Origin: Alphaproteobacteria bacterium
GTDB taxonomy: Bacteria; Pseudomonadota; Alphaproteobacteria; UBA8317
NCBI GenBank assembly: GCA_038131935.1
Contig: JAYPQH010000035.1
Location: 1-51,997, forward strand
Reading direction: 5' to 3'
Length of the DNA: 51,997 nucleotides
Shown: piece by piece, positions 1 through 11,342 of the stretch
Layout of the letters: each line of letters opens with the position of its first letter
How positions within the stretch are numbered: position 1 is the first letter of the stretch
Made by a program: the position numbers and the translations under genes
The notes under the pieces: model-generated
What the model saw: only the letters and a program-made list of their open reading frames with translations
What the model was told of the DNA's origin: nothing
The model's database searches: none

Positions 1-3000
1 AGTTGACGCATTGGTTTTCAGCCGGCTGACGGGCAGGGGTGTTTTGTTTAATGGTAGTGATGAGCAGGTTGTTTTTAAAGGTGTAACCCTTGATCCTTGG
101 ACAGCGATATACAACGGCCAAGTTGTTGACCTTAGTACGTTACCCTTGAATGCGTTAGATCCTAGAGGTGGTGACTTTAGTGCTGATATTGACATTATTT
201 TAACCTCTAAGGACGATTATTTTAATCTTACGGGTTATGGTGATGACATTGAGTTTCATTGGAGTGCAGGTGATGATGTACTTGATGGCAACTTCAACAA
301 CACGGAGTTATATCTACGTAAATTAAATGAAGGTTTAACGCTTGACCTTACAAGCACGAGTGAGACGCTGGGGTTTTGGGTTGCTACAGAGTCTGGCACG
401 ATAACTGTAAATATTGATTCCAATGAACGTTTTTTGATTGAAGGTACCTCTGGTGATGATGTCATCACAGGTCGGGATTATGTATTTGAGCAGATACAAG
501 TAAATGGTGGTTCAGATACGGTTTCTGGTGGTATTGGAGACGACTTTTTCCGTTTGCGTGATTTGACCGCGCAGATGCGGATAACAGATTATGAATATAA
601 CGAGTCTATCTGTTTAAACACCCAACTCCATTTAGTGGTGATGATATCAGCATTGTTTACAATGCGGATTCAGAACAGACAGAAGTTTATCTTACTAAAG
701 CTGGGTGCTGCACTTGGTGTGGATGTCAGCCGTCCAACAATCATTCTTGATGGTGAATTCACAAGCTGTTACACAGCCAAGGTGAAGTTGGTTGGGGAAA
801 TTGGTCAAGCTTGAGCTTTTTGAAACCTAATGATTTTTCAAGTTGGTTAGAGGAAGCTTTGAAGCGTCCTGTTCTTGCGGAAGATTTGGCAACTGCTGTT
901 CATACAAGTAATTTAAAAATTAACTTTAATGACTTTGCTTTGCCGACGGGTGACGTGGGTGTTTTGTTTAATGGTAGTGATGAGCAGGTTGTTTTTAAAG
1001 GTGTAACCCTTGATCCTTGGACAGCGATATACAACGGCCAAGTTGTTGACCTTTAGTACGTTACCCTTGAATGCGTTAGATCCTAGAGGTGGTGACTTTA
1101 GTGCTGATATTGACATTATTTTAACCTCTAAGGACGATTATTTTAATCTTACGGGTTATGGTGATGACATTGAGGTTTTCATTGAGTGCAGGTGATGATG
1201 TACTTGATGGCACTTCAACAACACGGAGTTATATCTACGTAAATTAAATGAAGGTTTAACGCTTGACCTTACAAGCACGAGTGACGCTGGGGGTTTTGTG
1301 GTTGCCACAGAGTCTGGTACGATAACTGTAAATATTGATTCCAATGAACGTTTTTTGATTGAAGGTACCTCTGGTGATGATGTCATCACAGGTCGGGATT
1401 ATGTATTTGAGCAGATACAAGTAAATGGTGGTTCAGATACGGTTTCTGGTGGTATTGGAGACGACTTTTTCCGTTTGCGTGATTTGACCGCGCAGATGCG
1501 GATAACAGATTATGAATATAACGAGTCTATCTATTTAAACACCCCAACTCCATTTAGTGGTGATGATATCAGCATTGTTTACAATGCGGATTCAGAACAG
1601 ACAGAAGTTTATCTTACACAAGCTGCGGGTGCTGCACTTGGTGTGGATGTCAGCCGTCCAACAATCATTCTTGATGGTGAATTCACACAAGCTGTTATTA
1701 GCCAAGAGTGAAGTTGGTTGGAAATTGGTCAAGCTTGAGCTTTTGAAACCTAATGATTTTCAAGTTGGTTAGAGGAAGCTTTTGAAGCGTCCTGTTCTTT
1801 GCGGAAGATTTGGCAACTGCTGTTCATACAAGTAATTTAAAAATTAACTTTAATGACTTTGCTTTGCCGACGGGTGACGTGGGTGTTTTGTTTAATGGTA
1901 GTGATGAGCAGGTTGTTTTTAAAGGTGTAACCCTTGATCCTTGGACAGCGATATACAACGGCCAAGTTGTTGACCTTAGTACGTTACCCTTGAATGCGTT
2001 AGATCCTAGAGGTGGTGACTTTAGTACTGATATTGACATTATTTTAACCTCTAAGGACGATTATTTTAATCTTACGGGTTATGGTGATGACATTGAGTTT
2101 CATTGGAGTGCAGGTGATGATGTACTTGATGGCAACTTCAACAACACGGAGTTATATCTACGTAAATTAAATGAAGGTTTAACGCTTGACCTTACAAGCA
2201 CGAGTGACGCTGGGGGTTTTGTGGTTGCCACAGAGTCTGGCACGATAACTGTAAATATTGATTCCAATGAACGTTTTTTGATTGAAGGTACCTCTGGTGA
2301 TGATGTCATCACAGGTCAGGATTATGTATTTGAGCAGATACAAGTAAATGGTGGTTCAGATACGGTTTCTGGTGGTATTGGAGACGACTTTTTCCGTTTG
2401 CGTGATTTGACCGCGCAGATGCGGATAACAGATTATGAATATAACGAGTCTATCTATTTAAACACCCCAACTCCATTTAGTGGTGACGATATCAGCATTG
2501 TTGTTTTACCCAAATTGCGGATTCCACCTGCAGAACAGACAGAAGTTTATCTTACACAAGCTACGGGTGCTACACTTGGTGTGGATGTCAGCCGTCCAAC
2601 AATCATTCTTGATGGTGAATTCACACAAGCTGTTATTGGCCAAGGTGAAGTTGGTTGGGGAAATTGGTCAAGCTTGAGCTTTTTGAAACTATCAACCAAT
2701 CAGAATGAAGAAGATACAAACGAACAAGATCAGAATATGACAGAAAAGCCATTTCTTTATTTTCCATTGCACCAAATACAAACAAAGCAACTGTTGGTAG
2801 TCCAATTACAGAGTGCAACAAGTTATGATGATTGGAATATTGAAAACCTCTATTCGCGCAATGATGGTGAATATCTTGAGTTCAAGGATGTTATAGGTGA
2901 CGTTTATCCAAATAGTATTTATGCGGGGCGAAGCTCTGCTTTGCTGACTATTGAGGAGGGCGAAGTCTTTGTTGGTAACTTAAATATTTTTGATACTGAC

Positions 3001-6000
3001 AATGACAAACTTGAAATCTCTGTCCAGTATGATGATCAACAACGTGAGGATACAATCACCGATAGCTCTATGTTCATTATGGATGGTGAACAAAATCTAT
3101 ATTTTAAAAAAGCTCCAGATTTTGAAAACCCCTTAGACAACAATGGACAATTGCAGGCTAATGAGGAATGGAGTGTTGCTGGGGATAATCTATATTTTCT
3201 CTCAGTGGTTGCTGAGAGCGGGGCTGTAAGAGACGGTCATTATTTATTAACTATACTAGACCGTGATGAAGAAGAAATTGAATCCTGGAAAAATTGCACT
3301 AGTTCTTGATCATATCTTTCTTTGATCTCGCGGAAGAAACAGCTATTAAAGTCTGATTTGGGACGTATGCCTACGATGACCAACAAAACGTTGATTATAC
3401 CTATTCTTTTGCGTCAGGAAATGACAGTGCAATATTTGCAATTGATGCGGAAACGGGCGAGCTTAGTCTCTCGAAAAGTCGAGTGAATGAACAAGCTACG
3501 GCTTTACAATTCAAGGGGATTGCTGCAACTAGATGTTGGTGGTTCCGTTGGCGTTCTGGCATTGATGTGAATGTTACAAGTAGTTTACAGTGCGTATTGT
3601 CAGAGACAACAATGATAATTCTTTTGTTTGGCACCCAAAAATAAAGATGAATTTTTTGAGCTACCTGAATAGCGCTGATGACCCTGATTATCCATATGAC
3701 AGTGGATATTATGCACGTTCACTTAACATATCCAAAGGCGAGAACTCTATACTTGTTACTTACCAAGGCGAAAGAGAAATAGAAGGTGGGCAACTTGGTG
3801 CTGTTTTGGCTCAACTTTATGATTCCTCTGGGGAACGGTTAGGGGGTGAGTACTTAATTAGTGATGTATTAGATCAAGGTCATTCTCAGGCATCAGCCTA
3901 TCTTGGTGACGACTTGTATTTGGTAACATGGTCCACCAACAGCCCAAACGAAGGCTCATTGCCTGAATGGGAAAATTTCGCTGCACTTGGCAAAATTATA
4001 AATGCAGCTACAGGTGAAACAGGAGCTACATTTATCATCAAAGATGCGATATCATTAATGATAAGACCTATGACATATCAATAGACGATTGAAGTAATAT
4101 ATTCGCGTCATGGCATGAAGGTGACTCATCTTAGAGAATCAGCGACTACAGCAGAACAGGACTGGGTACCTGTTCAAACAGGAAATCTGCGTGGGGTAAT
4201 TAATGAATCACTAACAACGGAAGAGGATTTAATTTATTTTACCGATGACGTTTACGTTGAGCCAGCAAATAACGCCCCGAAATTGAGTCCACACAGTTAT
4301 CTTGGATCAGAAAGTTTAGATTTTGATTTTAATGTTGAATCTCAACTTATAAAATGGTCTTGGGCTTAGTACTGGCAGCACAGGCGAAACTTGGTTTTAT
4401 TATGATCAAAAATTACGACTACCAGACACAAAATGATGCATTTACATTTTACCAGTAAATATTCCTGAGAAGTGGGATCCCCGCCATTCCCCATTCGTGA
4501 AAACGAATTTGTTTTGTTACAATCGGAGAGGGTAATGTTTATGCTGTCGAGAATATGTCGAGGTTATAGACTCTCTGATGGTGATAGTAGATCTGGGCTT
4601 GATTATCAGGCATGGCAACATGCAGAAACGCTGAGCATAAGAGATGATATTCAGCAAAATAGCTTGATATTCCAGGCTTTTGCGGAAGATGCAGATGAAG
4701 ACCCTTTGATATATTCAATATCAGGTGTGAATGCAGGCCTTTTATCAGTAGAGGCAACCACAGGGAAAATATTTCTAAATGATGTTTCAAGTTTGAAGTC
4801 GTTGAATGCATTAGAGTTCAGTATATCTGCATCAGATGGTACTTTAACAACAACTGAAGATGTATTCATTAAAGTCACTGAACCAAATGAAATTGATGAG
4901 GAACCTGACCCAATTAACAGTGCGCCCATCGTTTCGACTGATCTTTTGTTTTTCTCAGTCGATGCAGGAGCTAATATATCAGGCGCAATAAACGCATCAG
5001 ATCCAGACGAGATGCGCGTTATTGTTTAGTGTTGCAACGGCCCCCAAAAAGGGAACAGCTACTGTGACATCTGAGGGCGTTTTTACATATACTCCTAATG
5101 TAGACACAGACGGTGGCGACGGCTTCACGATTCAAGTTTCTGATGGAAGTTTAGCAGTAACAAAAGATGTTTTTGTTGCAGTTAACCCAACAGACGATAA
5201 TAATCAAAATAATGAAGACAAAAACAGTGCACCCATCGTGAGCACGGACATACTCTCCTATTCAACAACGCCAGAAGAGCCAATTTTAGACTCTATAACT
5301 GCTGTTGATCCGGATGGTGACGAGCTTTTTTACACAATAATCGTAGACCCATCTCAGGGAACGGTTGATATCACATCAGATGGCAGTTTTACATATACCC
5401 CTCAAGTTAATGCTGAAGGAATAGACAACTTCACGATAAACATTTCAGATGGTGATCTGTCTGTAAGTAAAGAGGTTGTGGTTAATGTTTTACCTGATAC
5501 TGACATTGAGGATAGAGATGATGTTGATGGGGCTATCACTTTAGATTTTTCCGAACTCGATAATGGGCACATACTCTTGAACATGTATGTGGACGCAACA
5601 TCAAAAGTAGAATCTTTAGATTTTACACTGGACTGGAATATTCTCGATGTTGATTACGTAAGCTCGAAATTTATACCAGGCTGGACCTTTTAGATAATAG
5701 CAATGAGGCAGGTAGCCGAATTTTTAGTGGTTACAGTTTGAATGGTTTGAAGGGGACATCTTCCGAATTGATCGGCCAAATAACTCTTGAGCCAAGTGCT
5801 GATCTTGATAATACAAAGATTGTGATCAGTAACATTCTTATTAACGACGATGATGGATCTGATACGGTTGATACTCTTAATTTCGCAACAGGGCATAGTG
5901 TTTCAGGTGATGTCAGTCATTGGAATGGCTTACTTCCTCTAGATGGCATCGTCACATTAGCTGGTGTTGACGCAGAATCTAAAAATGATCTTATTCAATT

Positions 6001-6804
6001 TCGTGATTTTGAATTGTTGGCAGATGGCACCGCAACGGTTGAGTTGTGGGCAAATATTCTTGATGGTTCAGCTGGCAGCATAGATTTTGGAATTAGACAT
6101 TCTTCAAGTTTAGCGCTTAAAGAGTATTCACTCGGATCGTCCTTTGATGAATGGGAAACGCTTATTACCAATAACGAAACTTTGGGAGAGTTACGAATAT
6201 CAGCATTATCGTTAGATTTAACAGAAGCAAATTATATTCGTAATGAGAAACTTTTGGGAAATTTCCACTTTGATATTTTAAATGATGAGGATCATACATG
6301 ATTACCCAATTTGGTGGGGATGTAGGTGGTGTAAGCGCTGATGAAAGTGACCTTTATGTACAAACAGTTACAACGGAAGGAGGTAATTATTCATTTAAAG
6401 ATATTCCAGATGGTTCGTACCAAATACATGTAAGCAAGGATACAATTGATCTTCCTAGGGGAGCTATAAAGGCATCGGATGCATTAGCTGCTCTTAAAAT
6501 CGGGGTAGGTGTCACGCAAGATGCAACGCCACATCAATTGATAGCAGCAGATGTCAATCAAAATGGAAAAGTAAATTCTGCCGATGCCCTTGCGATTCTA
6601 AAAATTGCTGTTGGCCATCAGGATGCTGTGGAGAATAAATTTGTTTTCATAGACCAAGCAGCAGACCTACAAGATCTAACTGCTAGAAAAGTCAATTATC
6701 AAACCGGAATTACGTTGGAAACACTTGAGTCTGAGCTTTATGGGCAAGATTTTATTGGCATATTGCTGGGAGATGTTAATGGAAATTATGTGGACTTCGT
6801 ATAA
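1..6804 (+). CDS. Giant extracellular RTX/cadherin-type surface protein (5' end outside window; multiple apparent sequencing frameshifts). Order: ~307-aa repeats, cadherin/Big-type domains, two cohesin-like domains, C-terminal dockerin-like module
   Basis: Consecutive acidic + strand ORF fragments (11-814, 811-1056, 1298-1711, 1810-3309, 3590-4084, 4115-4369, 4472-5029, 5022-5693, 5738-6301, 6298-6804) join across 1-2 nt indels, e.g. GWTF|LDNSNEAGSRIFSGYSLNG at ~5690. RTX-like motifs GTSGDDVITG and GGSDTVSGGIGDDFF. Cadherin-like motifs APDFENPLD, FAIDAETGELSL (~3436-3470), AEDADEDPLIYSISG, NSAPIVSTD x2 and DPDGDELFY. C-terminus has AADVNQNGKVNSADALAILKIAVG...LLGDVNGNY. It could be more than one gene. 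Confidence 0.7.
41..2689 (+). repeat. Three near-identical tandem coding repeats with a ~920-924 bp period (~307 aa)
   Basis: GTTTTGTTTAATGGTAGTGATGAGCAGG recurs at 41, 961 and 1885. Copies differ mostly by small indels. The third copy diverges after ...AGCTTTTTGAAAC at ~2689. Confidence 0.95.
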
Positions 6805-6818
6805 AAAGGGAATGTTTC

Positions 6819-8465
6819 ATGGCACTTAATACGATGAATATAAATGACATTACCTCAGAGACTTCACCATTATCCTTGAGGAATATAGTTATTGTTGACG
6901 ATGTTCTGACGGTTGAATTGTGGGTTAATCCCGATGGACAATCGTTGGAGAGTTTTGACTTTTACGATGTTACATTTGATGCGGGTATAGCGACGTTAGA
7001 TAATGTTGATGAGCTCTTGTATCAGGTATGGTACCTTAACCTCTAAGCGGCAGTTGTTGACGATGTTCTGACGATGTTGATGTTTGATAGATCCCGATGG
7101 ACAATCGTTGGAGAGTTTTGACTTTTACGATGTTACATTTGATGCGGGTATAGCGACGTTAGATAATGTTGAAGCTCTTGTATCAGGTTGGACAGTAACG
7201 GATTCTCAAGCGACAGCTGGTAATGTGAACATAGGTGGGTATAGTCTTGATCCTATTACGTCGGAGACAAGTTTTCTTAAGTTAACATTTACACTCATTG
7301 ATAAGACAAAAGATCTTGTTTTAAATTTTGATGATGTAGACACAGAACTAACCGTCAATGATGGCGTTTTAATAGAGGGGATTGCGAACCAAACCCTTTA
7401 CCAAGCTGATACCAATGTTGAGGATACGTCTTGGCTAATTTTGGAACCACAGAAAGCGACAGCAGACGAACTTATTTTGGATGTTCGCATTGATGGGGCA
7501 AAACTTGCTGAATTGGTGCCTGATCTTGATGCTGTTTCAGCACTTGCATTTGCGTTGGATTATGACTCACTAGATGAGTTTGAAGCTTTAGCAGGTAGTG
7601 ATGATATTGCATCCTTCTCAACGAAGGGTACGTCAGATCACCTTAATGGTAGCAATACGTTAACCAAACATTAAACGACGCCTTAGGTGATGTATTCCAA
7701 GTCTTTCAAGCACCTATAGATACCTCAACATTAGGTGCATCGGATACCTTCGGTTTTGTAAATTTTGTCAAAACACCTGCTGTTGACTTAGCTGATCTTC
7801 TTGCCAGCACGGATGCATTTGGGGCCTCGTCCAATGATGGTAAGATTGGTGAGCTGGTCTTGAACCCAAAAGCTAATGGGCCTGTGGATATAAAAATTAC
7901 CAATATTTATATTGCAGAAGATCCTACCCCTATTTTGTCGGACCCTGATGGTGTCACCTATAGCTTTGAGGTAGGCGGACATAATGTTTTGGTAAATTAT
8001 TGGTCTGAAACATCCAATGCAGAGATGCCAGCTATTTCCAATCAAGAGTTTGTGTTCTCATCAGCCAACTCAACTGTGACAGCTACCACAGATGCTACAG
8101 GTGCTTTAGATGCGCAGGCTCTACTTTCGAGCACATATACAGCCGTAGGGACGAATACGTCGGCAGAGAGTGCGATATCTATATCTGATGTGATTGCGAC
8201 GTTGAAAGCTGCGGTAGGCATAACTGAGCTAACAAATTATCAGGAGCTAGCCGCAGATGTGAACCAAGATGATCAGGTGACGATTTCAGATGTGATCAGT
8301 GTTCTGAAAATAGCTGTTGGCATTGAAGAGGGTGGAACACTTATTTTGACAGACCAAGGTAATGATGAGTTTACCATCACCAGCAACACAACTGAATTGA
8401 CCGCTGTGGCATTGGGAGATGTTGATGGCTCTTGGGCAAACACTGCTGTTGCAGATATTTTGTGA
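6819..8465 (+). CDS. Surface protein with two cohesin-like domains and a C-terminal dockerin-like module (scaffoldin-like; frameshifted fragments joined)
   Basis: RBS AAGGGA precedes ATG 6819. Fragments 6819-7046, 7084-7674 and 7860-8465. Cohesin-like patterns: VELWVNPDGQSLESFDFYDVTFDAG...GWTV...GNVNIGGYSLDPITSETSFLKLTFT and LDVRID...VSALAFALDYD...KIGELVLNPK...IKITNI. C-terminus: ISISDVIATLKAAVG...AADVNQDDQVTISDVISVLKIAVG...LGDVDGSW. Confidence 0.65.
6928..7188 (+). repeat. Direct duplication of ~100 bp (period 163 bp) inside the first cohesin-like domain
   Basis: ATCCCGATGGACAATCG...GCTCTTGTATCAGGT occurs at 6928-7027 and 7091-7188, with a garbled spacer containing fragments of GTTGACGATGTTCTGACG. 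Confidence 0.9.
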
Positions 8466-8650
8466 TGATCCGTAGGGTTTGAAAAATTTGGTTTGTAAAG
8501 CCTAGTGCGTTCGCGGCTTTTAACCTGTTGGTTTGGTACTCTTATTTTGGGAAGGTTTCAGGTCATTTCAAACCTCAAGACTTCTAGGCATCTTACTGGG
8601 TGGTGTTTCCTATCATGTGTTAAATGGCTCTAAACCAAAGGATGTTTGCC

Positions 8651-9562
8651 TCACATCCTTTGCTTGGCATCTGCAGCAATGCGAATGAGGGCATCTACAT
8701 GCTGTTTGGAGAGGTTTAATTCATGCCTTAATCGGGATATTTTCCTTAACTCTTCACGGCTAATAACACCGTCTGCAAGCGCATCAGCGATTTCTGCTTC
8801 CATCCGTGCTCTTTTCTGATCCATTTGTTTTGAAAAGGAAGTTGCTACCAAACCAGCAAGCATGGCGACGACGCATACCCCAACGACCGCTGTTAATGCG
8901 CCCAGAAATTGCCCCAAAGGTGTAATAGGAGATACGTCACCGTAGCCTACAGTTGTGAGTGTGACGATAGACCACCACATTGTCTGTGGTATGGAGACAA
9001 ATTTTTCCGGTTGTACATGGTTCTCCGCAGCATACATGAGTGCGCTCGATGCGAAAATAGAAACAGCAAATAAGTACAAAACAGCTAAGAAAGATTCACG
9101 CTCAGCGTAAATCGCTTCCCCCAAATCATCAAAAGCAGATGAGTAATGCGATATTTTGAGTATCCGCACCAATCTTAAAAGCCTCACCCAACGACTATCA
9201 AATCCACCTAGGAATAACTGGATAAGCGAGGGTAGTATAGCGATGAGGTCAACCAAACCGGTAAAACTGAATATATATTCACAGCGTTTGCCAAAGGAAG
9301 TTTTTCGTAGGCTTGATTGGTTGGCATCGGCACACCACAACCTTACAAGATATTCGATGGTAAAAATAGCCAGCGATACCACTTCAAACATGTGCAAATA
9401 CTGACCGATAACCGTATAAATTGAGTCGACAGACTCAAGGCAAATCGCAAGAAGATTTGCGATGATTAAAATGGCCAGAAACCGATCGACCATCATACTT
9501 GCCCGGTCGCCTTCATCTGCTTTGTTTAGAATTTCATAAATTCGAGCTTTGGTCATGGTCAT
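8651..9562 (-). CDS. 6-TM voltage-gated-type potassium channel (ion transport protein)
   Basis: S4 motif RWVRLLRLVRILKI and selectivity filter TLTTVGYGD. Confidence 0.92.
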   Translation of the reverse strand: MTMTKARIYEILNKADEGDRASMMVDRFLAILIIANLLAICLESVDSIYTVIGQYLHMFEVVSLAIFTIEYLVRLWCADANQSSLRKTSFGKRCEYIFSFTGLVDLIAILPSLIQLFLGGFDSRWVRLLRLVRILKISHYSSAFDDLGEAIYAERESFLAVLYLFAVSIFASSALMYAAENHVQPEKFVSIPQTMWWSIVTLTTVGYGDVSPITPLGQFLGALTAVVGVCVVAMLAGLVATSFSKQMDQKRARMEAEIADALADGVISREELRKISRLRHELNLSKQHVDALIRIAADAKQRM

Positions 9563-9579
9563 TAAGGCTTGTTGGGGTG

Positions 9580-11250
9580 TTAGGATAGCCCAACCATTTT
9601 ACCTTCCTTATCTGTATCAATGGAAAGAGCTGCAGGAATTCGAGGAAGGCCTGGCATCGTCATTACGTCTCCACAGATGGCGACAATGAAGCCAGCACCA
9701 GCGCTCAAACGCACCTCTCTGACCTCCAAAATATGGTCGGTTGGGGCACCGCGCGCCAGTGGATCGGTACTGAAACTATATTGTGTTTTGGCAATGCAGA
9801 CAGGTAGATGGCCATATCCTTCTTTTTCCCATGAAGCTAACTGCTGTCGTACCTTGTTTGAGGTTTGTATGCCTCGGGCTGCGTATAATTTTTCAGCGAT
9901 GCTCTCTATTTTAGACAATAAAGACTGATCATCCTCGTAGGTAAAATGAAGACTCGGTGTATCACTATTTTGGGCAATATTTGCCACAGTCATGGCCAAT
10001 TCTTTTGCACCTGCGGAGCCCTGTTCCCAATGGCGGGCGAGGATTGCTTGGCAACCATGGCTTTCAACATATTGGCTGATGGCAGAAAGTTCTGCATCTG
10101 TATCTTTTACAAAGTGATTGATCGCTACAACAATATTCAAACCAAATGACTGTAAGTTCTTGATATGGCGACCAAGGTTGGCGCAGCCTCTGATCACCGC
10201 GTCCGTGTTTTCTTGGGTGAGTTCTGTGAGCGGTACACCACCATGCATCTTCAAGGCGCGGACAGTCGCCACAAGAACAACAACCTGAGGTACCAAACCA
10301 GTTTTGCGACATTTTATGTTCAGAAATTTTTCAGCACCAAGATCAGCACCAAAACCAGCTTCTGTGACAACAAATTCCGAAGCTTTCAAACCTGTTAGCG
10401 TTGCCATAACGGAATTACATCCATGGGCGATATTGGCGAAAGGGCCCCCATGAACAAGCGCTGGATTATGTTCTAGAGTTTGCACCAAATTAGGCTGCAT
10501 GGCTTGTGCCAGCAATGCTGACATGGGGCCTACAGCGCCAATATCCTTACAGGTGACCGTGCTGCGATCAAAGCGTTGGCCAATAATAATGTTACCCAGC
10601 ATATTTTTTAGATCTTGAAGGTCCTTAGCCAAGCAAACAATAGCCATGATTTCAGAGGCAGCAGTTATATCAAAGCCTGTCTGCTGCGTGTATCCGTTGG
10701 CTGATCCCCCAAGGGCAGAGATCATATCACGCAGAGATCGATCATTTACGTCCATTGTTCGGCGCCATGAGACCCTGCGTGGGTCAATTTGCTGTTCATT
10801 GCCCCAATACAAATGGTTATCAATCATGGCTGACAACAAGTTATGTGCTGAGGTAATCGCGTGTAAATCACCGGTAAAATGAAGATTTATATCTTCCATG
10901 GGAACAATTTGTGCATGGCCTCCTCCGGTTGCGCCACCCTTTGCACCGAAGCATGGTCCTAATGAGGCCTCGCGAAGACATAATGTTGTTTGATAACCAT
11001 TGGCATTAAGTGCATCGGCTAGACCTATAGAAGTTGTGGTCTTACCTTCCCCAGCGGGCGTCGGACTGATGGCTGTCACCAAGATCAGCTTGCCAAGTCG
11101 TTGAGGCAATGCGTTCAGCGCAGAGAAAGAAATTTTGGCTTTATCATGACCAAAAGGAATAATGTCTTGCTCTGAAAACCCTATGGTCTTTGCGATATCC
11201 TTTATGGGCAATTTAGGCGCTGCTTGAGCAATTTCCAGATCACTTTTCAT
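9580..11250 (-). CDS. fhs: Formate--tetrahydrofolate ligase
   Basis: Motifs [50 protein letters not shown] and MTMPGLP. Start set at MKSDLEIA, downstream of a GAGG RBS. Confidence 0.97.
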   Translation of the reverse strand: MKSDLEIAQAAPKLPIKDIAKTIGFSEQDIIPFGHDKAKISFSALNALPQRLGKLILVTAISPTPAGEGKTTTSIGLADALNANGYQTTLCLREASLGPCFGAKGGATGGGHAQIVPMEDINLHFTGDLHAITSAHNLLSAMIDNHLYWGNEQQIDPRRVSWRRTMDVNDRSLRDMISALGGSANGYTQQTGFDITAASEIMAIVCLAKDLQDLKNMLGNIIIGQRFDRSTVTCKDIGAVGPMSALLAQAMQPNLVQTLEHNPALVHGGPFANIAHGCNSVMATLTGLKASEFVVTEAGFGADLGAEKFLNIKCRKTGLVPQVVVLVATVRALKMHGGVPLTELTQENTDAVIRGCANLGRHIKNLQSFGLNIVVAINHFVKDTDAELSAISQYVESHGCQAILARHWEQGSAGAKELAMTVANIAQNSDTPSLHFTYEDDQSLLSKIESIAEKLYAARGIQTSNKVRQQLASWEKEGYGHLPVCIAKTQYSFSTDPLARGAPTDHILEVREVRLSAGAGFIVAICGDVMTMPGLPRIPAALSIDTDKEGKMVGLS

Positions 11251-11342
11251 GATAACCTCATAAAAATTAGACAAAATTCGTAACGCTGATCCCAGAATAC
11301 CATATTTTGTACCCTCCTCATAATTTGTACCCTGATGGTTAT

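Noticed and set aside
41-2689. CRISPR array or mobile-element repeats
   Set aside because: The units are ~920 bp, protein-coding and have no spacers. No cas or transposase genes appear in the window.
1-8465. Pseudogenisation of the surface-protein genes
   Set aside because: Breaks are small indels, often in homopolymers, and they differ between otherwise identical repeat copies. Similar breaks occur across the window (18430, 30300, 42575, 47400, 50560). Sequencing or consensus error is more parsimonious.
11251-11342. Folate or ZTP riboswitch upstream of fhs
   Set aside because: The spacer is only ~90 bp and shows no recognisable conserved riboswitch elements.
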